NCBI GenBank assembly: GCA_016703025.1
Contig: JADJCV010000003.1
Coordinates: 175,635 to 239,634 of the forward strand
Origin: Candidatus Avedoeria danica
GTDB lineage: Bacteria; Chloroflexota; Anaerolineae; Epilineales; Epilineaceae
DNA length: 64,000 nt
Reading direction: 5' to 3'
Shown in pieces: positions 51,701 to 60,345 of the stretch (position 1 is the stretch's first letter; each line of letters starts with the position of its first letter). The translations under genes and the position numbers were made by a program. The notes below the pieces were generated by a model. It ran no database searches, was not told the DNA's origin, and saw only the letters and a list, made by a program, of their open reading frames with translations.

Positions 51701-52382
51701 GGATGCGCATCGTCCCGACGAAGCCGTCCGGCGTGTTCGGCCGCAGGGCGATGAAAGCGGGGTCGAGGCCGAGGTCGATCGCCACCGCGGCGTTGGGGGC
51801 GACCGTGTAGGAGGTCGTGGCTTCCGGGATGGCGGTGCCGAGCGGCATCACCGTGACCTCGAAAGTCGCAGGCGCCGCGCTCCGACTCTGGAGCGTCACG
51901 ACGCTCGTTTCGCCGCGGTGGCTGGCCGCGACGAGGGGCACCCAGACGTCGCCCACCTTGTCGAGGAGCGGTGATCCGGCAATGTCCGCCGCCCGACCAC
52001 CGCTCTCCGGCCAGCGGTGCTGCGCGCGCGCGACGACGCGCTCGCTCACGAGCAGCCGACCGCTGTACGCGCCCGCCTCCGCCGCGCTCGGCGCCCCGGG
52101 CACGACGTTGACCCAGCCGCGCTTGGGCACTTCGTGCGTCGTCGTCGACGCCAAGCTGCCGGTGGCCGGGCGGTACAACCGCAGGTCGCCGCCGGCCGCC
52201 GGCTGCGCGCCGCCGACCCAGTGCGCGTCGACGAGCGCGAGCGTCGTCTGGCCGGCGCCGGCGATGCCGAGCGAGCGGGCGCGGGTGGGCGGTGCGGCGG
52301 GCGCGACGGCGCCGGCGACGACGCACGAGACGACGGCGGCCGCCAGCGCGGGTCCTAGGTTGTGGCGACAGCGCTCGCCCAT
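48765..52382 (-). CDS. 1206-aa secreted repeat protein built from at least 7 copies of the same uncharacterised module found in the giant paralogs
   Basis: The likely start is ATG 52382 (MGERCRHNLGPALAAAVVSCVVAGAVAPA). The track's start at 52775 would overlap the upstream S8 gene. Module starts seen: VWVPLVAAS, LFVPLVHAAL, LAVPWFAADD, WLPLVLRAA, LAVPFAPQG, LFAPRVVRG, WLVPRLLTG. Each is followed by a ..T.L.V.N.G.. strand. The protein ends in IAYMPALRR. Confidence 0.8.
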   Translation of the reverse strand: MGERCRHNLGPALAAAVVSCVVAGAVAPAAPPTRARSLGIAGAGQTTLALVDAHWVGGAQPAAGGDLRLYRPATGSLASTTTHEVPKRGWVNVVPGAPSAAEAGAYSGRLLVSERVVARAQHRWPESGGRAADIAGSPLLDKVGDVWVPLVAASHRGETSVVTLQSRSAAPATFEVTVMPLGTAIPEATTSYTVAPNAAVAIDLGLDPAFIALRPNTPDGFVGTMRIHPVGDAIPVVHALVDVAETAAVYDFAGVPAERGTTALFVPLVHAALPDDPSLGPDATRLAVVNVGGAGGDVRVSYVGFGGTCAGQTIAHPPVTLAAGAMTIFDQGDGAGLPTSPSGLPAGCLATALISADQPIAATLIARQTRGDQTLAAATNALRRDDGASSLAELAVPWFAADDSGAALDSDLFIMNLEGTFASATVHLATADGTLLDCGEPCRRLIAPFSTWRLRAAALPAGLRAQAGGAVVAADEGRIVAIVRAAPADGSGDAVLWPAVFRWLSTGDDTSPGTWLPLVLRAAPPADAATATPTTPIAAPSATPPPTVPPFAPGGGMAGGALSTLQLANLEDAPAFLAADLFLVQGSGTVGGTKVGPTRIVRDQPPLRPHALALAALDDVGLGRYAAIVVGGHAVGAAARTEWTGGAAVLAEPAAEGFELAVPFAPQGAAGETGVLSIHNPAATFLVNVHAEFLDRTGRQVGSQSVAVGPSAVFRLAIAAPAAFDGWARLTSDRPFGAQVLVDAAASARGAYDVGAVRLSDAAAKLFAPRVVRGVAAAGPLGGAGSGARRNTRLVVANPGATAVVVRPAYLGTAGTCAGFRLSGAPFSVAAGANRIVDVGAEPAMPAGCAAAATLTTLDGGIIGLAVESVSSAAGGWAVAADRLMAAADAGGRWLVPRLLTGRDGRATTIHVMNVGDAVVNVALDVHDAAGGALACAGCTAALPAGAAVAFDGRAVVGAAAAPGAWAEITATGPVVATYAETSDDGLHDDAMAAAMRILPRPAVPPARLLVPQLEKTADVGPVPTATRTPTATPTRSVAGTATPGGGKVTLLAVAVVNVTGNDDPACPACDGTYDDADRAAAARSPLPALTFVVRNAAGDEVARQRSISVDRIEIAPFSLGAPDAGGYDVSIEALPGAWLGCPNSPAVRHLAAVDFPLGSAKVDFHLSNTCLPSNRPPLEPVQIPGATPTAGPDRMIAYMPALRR

Positions 52383-52458
52383 GCGATGGCCTCTACAGCG
52401 GCGCACGGCACCGGGGGCGGTGCCGTGCGTTGGGTGTGTTGGGGGGTAAGACAGCGGG

Positions 52459-52487
52459 GGGACGATTTCGGCGACATGTGCGTTCGG
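52459..52487 (-). promoter_or_regulatory. ECF-type promoter candidate CCGAAC-N17-CGTCCC upstream of the repeat-protein gene
   Basis: The minus strand reads TGTCACCGAACgcacatgtcgccgaaatCGTCCC, about 75 nt upstream of the ATG at 52382. Box sequences and spacing match the motif upstream of the sigma gene. Confidence 0.4.
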
Positions 52488-52505
52488 TGACAGGACTGCG
52501 CGCCA

Positions 52506-52550
52506 TCGCGACAACCGCCGGTAGGGGCAGCCTACCGGTCGTTGTCGCGA
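52506..52550 (-). terminator. Long hairpin after the S8 peptidase gene (20-nt arms, 18 paired, 5-nt loop)
   Basis: TCGCGACAACcgCCGGTAGG / CCTACCGGtcGTTGTCGCGA, located 35 nt after the stop at 52585. Confidence 0.55.
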
Positions 52551-52584
52551 GAGGCGGACGCCCGGGTCGGCCGATGGCTGGGGA

Positions 52585-55500
52585 TCATTCCACCAACCGC
52601 CGCGCCACCGGCAAATACACCGTCGTCCGCCCCCCCGTGACCACCGCGACCACCTCGCCGACGAACGTGTGGCCGTTGGCGGTCGTCGCCTCGGCGCGGA
52701 CGGTGTAGCGGCCGGGGCGCGTGTAGGCCAGCGTCGTGCCTGGCGCCGTGGTCGTGACGAAGGGACGGCCATCACCGGCGTCCCATCGCCAGCGGACGAT
52801 CGTCCACGGCGTGCCGTCCAGCGGCGGCATGGAGGCCGACACGTCGAGCGCTTCCGGCCGGTCGTCCACCGGCGTCGTCGCGACGACGACCTGGCCGTCG
52901 TCCGGCTCGTTCGCCCAGCCGACGATGTCGCCGAGGAGCTCGGCGCGCGAGAGCGTGTCGTCGCCCGTGGCCACGGCCTCGATGCTGAAGCCGGCGAACA
53001 TCGCCCGCCACGGGATGCCGGGGGCGCGGGTCGGTTGCTCGAGCGAGGCGTCGGCGGATACGCCGGTCATCGCGCTGCCGCCGCCGTCGATCTCGATGAA
53101 GCTCCGGACGTACGGGAAGATCCGGTCGGCGACGCCGACGGCGCCGAGGCCGGTGTCCGGCGGCTGCACGTTGCCGACGGCCTGCGTGCGGAGCGTGGCC
53201 AGCGGCGCGCCGAGGTCGACGACGGCACCGAGGCCGGCGGCGTCGGGGCTGGCGACGGCGGACAGGCGGATCGGCTTGTCGAACAGGCGGACGGGCTGGA
53301 GGCGGCCGGTGAGCGGCGCGTTGTCCGTGCGGAGGTCGAAGCCGGCGAAGTAGCGGGACAGGAGGGTCATCGCCCCGCTGTTCTGGACGTCGAGCGCCGT
53401 GCCGAGGCCGTGGCTGTAGCCGGTGCCGCTGACGAGCATTCGTCCGCCCCCGAGCAGGTACATCTGGAGGGCCGTCATCCCGCCGGGCAGCCGGTCGAGC
53501 GGCGCATCGCCGTCGCCGCACGCCACGATGACGAGGCGGTAGCCCTGGAGGACGGACAGCGGCGGCGTGCCCGGGCGCTCGCCGCCGGCGACCGTCCAAA
53601 CGTCGTAGCTCACCCCGAGCGTGTCCAGCGCCGCCGTCCAGTAGCGGCCGTTGTCGGCGCCGTCGTCGAAGCCGCCGCCCCCGCCGCCCGGCAGGCCGGG
53701 GATGCCCGGGAAGCCGCCGCCGCCGGGCCGGGTCTTGCGGCGGACGTTCACGACGAGGACATCCTCGACGCGCGGTGCGACGCGGAGGCGGTACGTGGCG
53801 TGGACGCTGCGTTGGCCGCGCGTGAGGACGATCCGGCCGTCGTAGGCGCCGGGCGCGAGGGCGGTGGGGTCGAGGACGACCGCGATGTCCGCGGCGCCGC
53901 CTTCCGGCACGGCGATCGTCGCACCTTCCGGGAACGAAACAGGTACGGGGGCCGGGCCGGTGCCGGGGGCGTGCGTGAGCGTCCACTCGGCGGCGCCTTC
54001 GGCGGCTTGGCGGACGTCGGCCAAGCGCAGGCGCAGGGTCCGCGTGCCGATCGCCGATCGTGTCGCGTCCGTGCCTGCGTCCAGATCGGCGGCCGGCGGC
54101 ATTTCGTCGGCCGGCGTCAGCGTGCCGAGGTCGAACGACGGCGGGTCGATGAGGAGCTGCGGGTCGATCGCCGCGGCCACGTCCAGTCGCCCAGAGCCCT
54201 GCTCGGTGGCCGGGGCGAGCGCACCGCTCGTGCCCGCCCCGACGGCGACGTCGACCGTGCCCGAGATCCGCGTCGTGGTCATCAGCGCCGCCTTGACCTG
54301 GTCCGGCGTCCACTCGGGCCACGCCTGTCGAACGACCGCCACGGCACCCGTCACGTGCGGGCTGGCCATCGAGGTGCCGGAGGCGGTCGTGAAGCCGGCC
54401 GGGGCGCCGGTGATCGCGTCCGTGCTCGTCGAGAGGATGTTCGTGCCGGGTGCGGCCAGGTCGGGCTTGAGCGGGGCGAAGCGGGCGGTCGTCGAGTCGG
54501 GGGCCGGGCCGCGGCTCGAAGTGCTGTTCACGACGTCGACGCGGGCCGCGTCGAAGGTGGCCTCGGGCGTCGTGTCGTAGATCAACTGGAGGGAGGCGTG
54601 GGTCTCGGCGTAGGCCACGAGGTCCGTGGCGCCTTGGCCGCCGATGATCGCGATCGGCGGCAGCGTGACGCCGGCCGGCAGTTGGCCGGCGATGAGCGGC
54701 ATGAGCTGGCCCATCAGCTCGACGAGCGCGGCCGTGGTCTGCAGATCGCCCGTCGTGTGGAAGACGACGGCTTCGGCCTGAATGGTGGCGGCGTTGATGA
54801 TCTTGGTGACGAAGGCCAGCTGCGCGGGCAACGGGAATGGGATGAGCGGCGACTGCGTGGCGCACGCGCCGTCCCACGGGCCGAGGAGGATCTTGCCGCG
54901 CCCGCCGAGGCCCATCTCGATCAGGTTGCACATGTCCGTCTTGAACGCCGGGCGCTCGAGCCGGGCGACGGCCTTGCCGAACGTCTGGTAGGCCGCCGGG
55001 TGCTTCGTCAGCTCGACAGGCAAGCCCGCGTCCTTGGCGAAAACGTAGTACGCGAAGCCGCGCCCGGTCTCGCTGTTGGCCACCGTGATGACCTCGGGGA
55101 TCATCTGGTGCGGCCCGCCGAGCGTCGCCTCGCCGTTCGCGCCCGAGTTGCCGGCCGCCGCGACGACGACGACGCCCGCGTCGTGCGCGTTCTTGAAGGC
55201 CACGCTCACCGGGTGGTGCGCGGCCTGGTAGATGTTCATCAGCGCCGTGCCCCACGAGTTGTTGATCACGTCCGCCCCGTCCAGCACGGCGTCGTCGATC
55301 ATCCGCAGGATCTCGGGCGTGTAGGCATCGCTGAACTTGTAGGCCATGACGTAGGCGCCCGGCGCGACGCCCGAGAGCTCGAGCTGCCCGGTCCCGGCCG
55401 TGCCCGGCGCGCCGAAGATCGAGACCCCGGCCGCCGTGCCGGCGACGTGCGCGCCGTGGAAGCCGGCGAGGCCCTTGGCCAGCGGGTCGTAGTCGACCGT

Positions 55501-56346
55501 CGGGTCCGTGCCCGCGGCGACGTTCTCGGGGTTGGCGTACGTCCGGGCGACGATGACCTTGTTGTTCGTGTACTCGGCCACCTTCTCGGCCGGAAACGCG
55601 GTCACCTTGTCGCCGACCGTCACCGTGCTGCGCGGAAAGCCTTCGGGCGCCGTGAAGCCGCCGTCGTCGAAGAACGGGTGGGCGGCGGTGATCCCGCTGT
55701 CGATCACGGCGATCCGGATCCCGCGGCCGGCCCGCATCTGGCCGCCGATCCGCGGATCGGACCACGCGATGCGGGCGCGGATGAGCGGCAGGCTGGCGTC
55801 CATCAGCGGTTCGACCGGCTGCTCGCGCGTCACGGCCACGACGCCCGGCAGGCGACTGGCCGCCGAGGCCTGCTCGGGCGTGAGGCGCACCGTGACGCCG
55901 TTGAAGACGACGTCGTAGTGGTAGAGCGCGGCCGCGCCGGGCGCGACGGCCTGCAGCGAGGCGATGAAGGCGTCCTGGGCGCGCCGCAGCACTGCGCGGT
56001 AGGCGCCCTCGGGCGGCGCGAGGCGGGCGGCCTTGGCGGCGGCGCGCATCGGGACGGAACGGGCGGGGCGGACGGCGAGGGGGGCGTCGGCCAGCTGGAC
56101 GATGTAGCGGGAGGTGGCGGCGACTGAGGAGGCCGTGTCTGTAGTGCTTGTGCCGGCTGCGCTTGTGCCGGCTGCGCTCGTACCCGCTGCGCTCACATCT
56201 GATGCACCCGCGATCGTCGACTTCGCAAGCGCGGACGATGCGGTGACGCGGCTCGAGGCAGCGTCGGCGGTGGCCATGCCGAGCAGCGTCGCCAGGAACA
56301 GACAGCGTACGGCAGCGGAGGCGCGGACTGGGCGGCGACACGACAT
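52585..56346 (-). CDS. Secreted S8 (subtilisin) peptidase with PA-domain insertion, large C-terminal extension and PKD domain
   Basis: The likely start is ATG 56346 (MSCRRPVRASAAVRCLFLATLLGMATADA, with GGAG 8 nt upstream). The catalytic triad contexts are IAVIDSGIT, HGAHVAGTAAG and [16 protein letters not shown]. The PKD-like segment is WRWDAGDGRPF...GRYTVRAEATTANGH. The protein ends in TVYLPVARRLVE. Confidence 0.9.
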   Translation of the reverse strand: MSCRRPVRASAAVRCLFLATLLGMATADAASSRVTASSALAKSTIAGASDVSAAGTSAAGTSAAGTSTTDTASSVAATSRYIVQLADAPLAVRPARSVPMRAAAKAARLAPPEGAYRAVLRRAQDAFIASLQAVAPGAAALYHYDVVFNGVTVRLTPEQASAASRLPGVVAVTREQPVEPLMDASLPLIRARIAWSDPRIGGQMRAGRGIRIAVIDSGITAAHPFFDDGGFTAPEGFPRSTVTVGDKVTAFPAEKVAEYTNNKVIVARTYANPENVAAGTDPTVDYDPLAKGLAGFHGAHVAGTAAGVSIFGAPGTAGTGQLELSGVAPGAYVMAYKFSDAYTPEILRMIDDAVLDGADVINNSWGTALMNIYQAAHHPVSVAFKNAHDAGVVVVAAAGNSGANGEATLGGPHQMIPEVITVANSETGRGFAYYVFAKDAGLPVELTKHPAAYQTFGKAVARLERPAFKTDMCNLIEMGLGGRGKILLGPWDGACATQSPLIPFPLPAQLAFVTKIINAATIQAEAVVFHTTGDLQTTAALVELMGQLMPLIAGQLPAGVTLPPIAIIGGQGATDLVAYAETHASLQLIYDTTPEATFDAARVDVVNSTSSRGPAPDSTTARFAPLKPDLAAPGTNILSTSTDAITGAPAGFTTASGTSMASPHVTGAVAVVRQAWPEWTPDQVKAALMTTTRISGTVDVAVGAGTSGALAPATEQGSGRLDVAAAIDPQLLIDPPSFDLGTLTPADEMPPAADLDAGTDATRSAIGTRTLRLRLADVRQAAEGAAEWTLTHAPGTGPAPVPVSFPEGATIAVPEGGAADIAVVLDPTALAPGAYDGRIVLTRGQRSVHATYRLRVAPRVEDVLVVNVRRKTRPGGGGFPGIPGLPGGGGGGFDDGADNGRYWTAALDTLGVSYDVWTVAGGERPGTPPLSVLQGYRLVIVACGDGDAPLDRLPGGMTALQMYLLGGGRMLVSGTGYSHGLGTALDVQNSGAMTLLSRYFAGFDLRTDNAPLTGRLQPVRLFDKPIRLSAVASPDAAGLGAVVDLGAPLATLRTQAVGNVQPPDTGLGAVGVADRIFPYVRSFIEIDGGGSAMTGVSADASLEQPTRAPGIPWRAMFAGFSIEAVATGDDTLSRAELLGDIVGWANEPDDGQVVVATTPVDDRPEALDVSASMPPLDGTPWTIVRWRWDAGDGRPFVTTTAPGTTLAYTRPGRYTVRAEATTANGHTFVGEVVAVVTGGRTTVYLPVARRLVE

Positions 56347-56459
56347 CGAAGGCTCCTCGAGACAACGGAGTGCGGATTTCAGGTTCGGATGATAGCCGAG
56401 CGCCGGTCGGACGGTCCCGGGCGGCGGCCCGCAGATCAAGCCGTGCATGCCCAACGGCC

Positions 56460-56465
56460 TATAAT
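56460..56465 (+). promoter_or_regulatory. Candidate -10 box (TATAAT) for nadA
   Basis: Perfect TATAAT 55 nt upstream of the ATG at 56520. There is no clear -35. Confidence 0.3.
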
Positions 56466-56519
56466 GGCCTCGGCGGCGCCGATGAGAGCACCGCGTTTCC
56501 CTCTGAGAGGGTCCAGCCG

Positions 56520-57581
56520 ATGACGACCGCGCCCATCGCCCCCCCCATCGCCCCCCCCACCCTGTTCGACAACCGCCCCCTGCCCTACACCCCCGCCGTC
56601 GCCGCCGCCACCGCCGACGTCCGCGAGCGGCTCCGCGACAGCGTGCCCGACATCGAGTGGCCGATCGTGGCGCCGCTCATCGCGCGGATCAACGAGCTGA
56701 AGCGCGAGCGCAACGCGATCATCCTGGCCCACAACTACATGCCGCCGACGATCTATCACGGTGTGGCGGACCTCCGGGGCGACTCGCTGGCGCTGGCGCA
56801 GATGGCCAACGAGACGGCCGCCGAGGTGATCGTCCTGTGCGGCGTGCACTTCATGGCCGAGACGGCCGCCATCATGAACCCTGAGAAGACCGTCCTCATC
56901 CCGGACCTGCGCGCCGGCTGCTCGCTGGCGGAGAGCATCACCGCCGCCGATGTGCGCCGACTGCGGGCCGAGAACCCCGGCGTGCCGGTCGTCACGTACG
57001 TGAACACCTCGGCCGAAGTGAAGGCCGAGAGCGACATCTGCTGCACCTCGGCCAACGCCGTCGAGGTCGTCGAGTCCCTCGGCAGCGACCGCGTCCTCTT
57101 CCTGCCGGACGAGTACCTGGCCGCCTGGGTCGCGACGCAGACCAAGGTCGAGATCATCGATTACAAAGGCCACTGCATGGTCCACGAGCGCTTCACCGCC
57201 GCCGATCTGGACGCATTGCGCGCCGCCCGGCCCGGCGTCCTCATCCTGTCCCACCCCGAAAGCCCGCCCGAGGTGCTGGCGGCCTCCGACTTCGTCGGCT
57301 CGACGAGCGCGATGATCAAGCAGGTGGCCGCGCGCCGTCCCGCTTCGGTCGCGCTGATGACGGAGTGCTCGATGAGCGACAACGTCGCCGCCGAATTCCC
57401 CGAACTCGAGTTCATCCGGCCGTGCCAGCTCTGCCCGCACATGGGTCGGATCACGCTGCCCAAGGTCCGCGTCAGCCTCGAGACGATGACGCACCGCGTG
57501 ACGGTCGACGAGGCCGTGGCTGCGCGGGCGCGACAGGCGGTCGAGCGGATGCTGGCCGTCGGGCGCGGCAAGCGTGGCTGA
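56520..57581 (+). CDS. nadA: Quinolinate synthase
   Basis: NAIILAHNYM, VLCGVHFMAETAAI, VVTYVNTSAEVKAESDICCTSANA, GHCMVHERF, LSHPESPPEV, MTECSM...CPHM. The start is taken as MTTAPIAPP at 56520, within track ORF 56370..57581. Confidence 0.9.
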   Translation: MTTAPIAPPIAPPTLFDNRPLPYTPAVAAATADVRERLRDSVPDIEWPIVAPLIARINELKRERNAIILAHNYMPPTIYHGVADLRGDSLALAQMANETAAEVIVLCGVHFMAETAAIMNPEKTVLIPDLRAGCSLAESITAADVRRLRAENPGVPVVTYVNTSAEVKAESDICCTSANAVEVVESLGSDRVLFLPDEYLAAWVATQTKVEIIDYKGHCMVHERFTAADLDALRAARPGVLILSHPESPPEVLAASDFVGSTSAMIKQVAARRPASVALMTECSMSDNVAAEFPELEFIRPCQLCPHMGRITLPKVRVSLETMTHRVTVDEAVAARARQAVERMLAVGRGKRG

Positions 57582-59328
57582 CCCTTCGGGCGCAGGTGCG
57601 ACGTCGGCCCGTGCGACGCCGGCGGCCGGCACGGTGACCGGTGACGAGCACGAACGAGACGGTGCGGTCGCGTCCTTCGACGTGATCATCGTCGGCGCCG
57701 GCGTCGCCGGGCTGACGGCCGCGCTCGGCCTCGCCGGCGCGCACGGGCGCCGCGTCGCCGTCGTCACGAAGACCGCGACGCTCGTCGGCGGGTCGAGCGT
57801 CTACGCCCAGGGCGGGCTGGCGGCGGCCGTCGGGGAGGGCGACACACCCGCCGAGCACGCGGCCGACACGATCTCGGTGGCCGGCGGGATCGCCGTGCCG
57901 GATGTCGTCAGGGCGCTCACGGCCGAGGGACCGGGCGTCGTGGCGCGGCTGCTGGCGCTCGGCACGCCCTTCGACCGGGACGCGGACGGGACGCTCCTCC
58001 TCGGGCGCGAGGCGGCGCACAGCCAGCGGCGGATCCTGCACGCGGACGGCGATGCGACGGGCGGCGCGATCGTCCGGACGCTGGCCGGCGCGGTGTTGGA
58101 GGCGCCGGGGGTGGACGAGCGGACCGAGCATGCCGCGTTCGCCCTCGTCGTCGAGGGCGGTGCGGTGGTTGGAGTCCGCGTCGTCTGCCCGGACGGGCGG
58201 GTGCTGGCGTTGCACGCGCCGGCCGTCGTGCTGGCCACGGGCGGCATCGGCCACCTCTTTGCGAACACGACGAACCCGCCCGAAAACACCGGCGACGGCC
58301 TGGCGATGGCTGCCCGCGCCGGCGCCGTGCTGGCCGACCTCGAGTTCGTTCAGTTCCACCCGACCGCGCTGGCCGCGCCGGGCGCCGACCCGCTGCCGCT
58401 CCTCACCGAGGCGCTGCGCGGCGAGGGCGCCGTCCTCGTCGACGAGCGGGATCGCCGCTTCCTGGTCGACGAGCACCCGCTGGCCGAGCTCGCGCCGCGC
58501 GACGTCGTGGCCCGATCGATCTGGCGCCAGCTGGCCGAGGGCCACACCGTCTACGTCGACGCGCGCACCGCCGTCGGCGACCGCTTCCCGACGCGCTTCC
58601 CGACGGTCTTCCGCCTCTGCCAAGCGTTCGGCCTCGACCCGCGCCGCGACCAGATCCCGGTGGCCCCCGCCGCGCACTATCACATGGGCGGCATCGCCGT
58701 CGACGGCCGCGGCCGGACGTCAATGCCCGGCCTGTGGGCATGCGGCGAGGTGACGAGCACCGGCGTGCACGGCGCGAACCGCCTGGCGTCGAACTCGCTC
58801 CTCGAGGCGATTGCCTTCGGCGGCCACGTCGCCGACGACATCGCCGGGGGCGGTGCCGGCCCGTGGCCCTCGCTGGGCACGTTCGACCCCGCGGCCGCCG
58901 TTCATTCGACCGATCGCACCCCAGATGCCGTCGCCGATCCTCCGCCCACCCCCACCCCCACCCCCATCGACATCGCCACCCCCATCGACATCGCCACACC
59001 CACCGATATCGACATCCCCACCCTCACCGCCCACATCCGCCAAACCGCCTGGGACGACGTCGGCCTCGTGCGCGATGCGGACGGCCTTCGCGCCGCCGAG
59101 CGTGCCTTCGCGGCCGCCGAGGCGGCACTGGCCAACCACGGTGCGGTCACGGTTGCCGTGATCGAAGCGCGCAACCTGGCCCTCGTCGGGCGCATGGTGG
59201 CGCGGGCCGCGTTGGCGCGCGAGGAAAGCCGCGGGGCGCACCACCGGAGCGACTTCCCGCTGCCCGACGATGCGCGGTGGGCGCGGCGGCAGTTCGTCGT
59301 GCTGGAAACGGGGGATGAGGTGCGATGA
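57574..59328 (+). CDS. nadB: L-aspartate oxidase
   Basis: FDVIIVGAGVAGLTAAL (FAD motif), YAQGGLAA, HYHMGGI, GLWACGEV..TGVHGANRLASNSLLE, ESRGAHHRSDFP. The start is uncertain: GTG 57574 overlaps nadA, and GTG at about 57634 is an alternative. Confidence 0.9.
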   Translation: MADPSGAGATSARATPAAGTVTGDEHERDGAVASFDVIIVGAGVAGLTAALGLAGAHGRRVAVVTKTATLVGGSSVYAQGGLAAAVGEGDTPAEHAADTISVAGGIAVPDVVRALTAEGPGVVARLLALGTPFDRDADGTLLLGREAAHSQRRILHADGDATGGAIVRTLAGAVLEAPGVDERTEHAAFALVVEGGAVVGVRVVCPDGRVLALHAPAVVLATGGIGHLFANTTNPPENTGDGLAMAARAGAVLADLEFVQFHPTALAAPGADPLPLLTEALRGEGAVLVDERDRRFLVDEHPLAELAPRDVVARSIWRQLAEGHTVYVDARTAVGDRFPTRFPTVFRLCQAFGLDPRRDQIPVAPAAHYHMGGIAVDGRGRTSMPGLWACGEVTSTGVHGANRLASNSLLEAIAFGGHVADDIAGGGAGPWPSLGTFDPAAAVHSTDRTPDAVADPPPTPTPTPIDIATPIDIATPTDIDIPTLTAHIRQTAWDDVGLVRDADGLRAAERAFAAAEAALANHGAVTVAVIEARNLALVGRMVARAALAREESRGAHHRSDFPLPDDARWARRQFVVLETGDEVR

Positions 59329-60215
59329 GCGCGACGCTCACGTCTCACGACGGGGTGCCGTTGCTCCCACCGCTGGTGTACGAGCCATCGCTGCGCGCCG
59401 CGCTGGTCGAGGACTTCGGACGGGCGGGCGACATCACGTCCGCGGCCGTGATCCCGGAGGCGGCGACGGCCAGCGCGCGGATCGTGGCCCGTCGGGCGGG
59501 CATTGTGGCTGGGCTCGACGTGGCGGCGGCGGTGTTCAGGATCGTCGACCCGTCGATCCGCGTCTCCCTCGGTTCACGCGGCGGCGACAGCGTGGCCCCC
59601 GGCGCGCTGCTGGCCGCCGTCGACGGGCCGGCGCGGGGCATCCTGTCGGCGGAGCGGGTGGCGCTGAACGTGCTCGGACGGATGTGCGGCATCGCGACGC
59701 TGACGCGCGCGTTCGTCGACGCCGTGGCCGGGACGGGCGCGCAGATCACGGACACGCGCAAGACGACGCCGCTGCTGCGGGCCCTCGAGAAGCACGCGGT
59801 ACGCTGCGGCGGCGGCACGAACCACCGCTTCGGGCTCGACGACGCCGTCCTCATCAAGGACAACCACGTGGCCGTGGCCGGCGGCGTGGTGGAGGCGGTG
59901 CGGCGGGCGCGGGCGCACGTCGGCCACATGGTCGTCGTGAGCGTCGAGGTGACCGCGCTCGAGCAGATCGACGCGCTGCTGGCCATGCCCGAGCGGCGGA
60001 CGGCCGATGTCGTGCTGCTGGACAACATGGATGTCGGGATGCTGCGCGAGGCCGTGCGGCGGATCGACGGGCGGTTCGTCACCGAGGCGTCCGGCGGGAT
60101 CACGCTGGCGACGGCGCGCGATGTGGCGTCGACGGGCGTGGACTACCTGTCGGTGGGGGCGCTGACGCACAGCGCGGCGGTGTTGGACGTGGCGCTGGAT
60201 GTGATCGTGGGTTGA
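59325..60215 (+). CDS. nadC: Nicotinate-nucleotide pyrophosphorylase (carboxylating)
   Basis: GDITS, ARRAGIVAGL, SAERVALNVLGRMCGIAT, ITDTRKTTPLLRALEKHAVRCGGGTNHRFGLDDAVLIKDNH. Its ATG overlaps the nadB stop (ATGA). Confidence 0.9.
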   Translation: MSATLTSHDGVPLLPPLVYEPSLRAALVEDFGRAGDITSAAVIPEAATASARIVARRAGIVAGLDVAAAVFRIVDPSIRVSLGSRGGDSVAPGALLAAVDGPARGILSAERVALNVLGRMCGIATLTRAFVDAVAGTGAQITDTRKTTPLLRALEKHAVRCGGGTNHRFGLDDAVLIKDNHVAVAGGVVEAVRRARAHVGHMVVVSVEVTALEQIDALLAMPERRTADVVLLDNMDVGMLREAVRRIDGRFVTEASGGITLATARDVASTGVDYLSVGALTHSAAVLDVALDVIVG

Positions 60216-60345
60216 CCGCCGCCCACCGACGACGGGCCAATAGGTCTGCCGCGGCCTAATGATGCCCGCTGGAAGAGGCACGGCGTGCCGTGCCCCCTAC
60301 CGGCGATTGCGGCGAAGGCCGGCGGTCGAATGTCGGCCCATCGGC

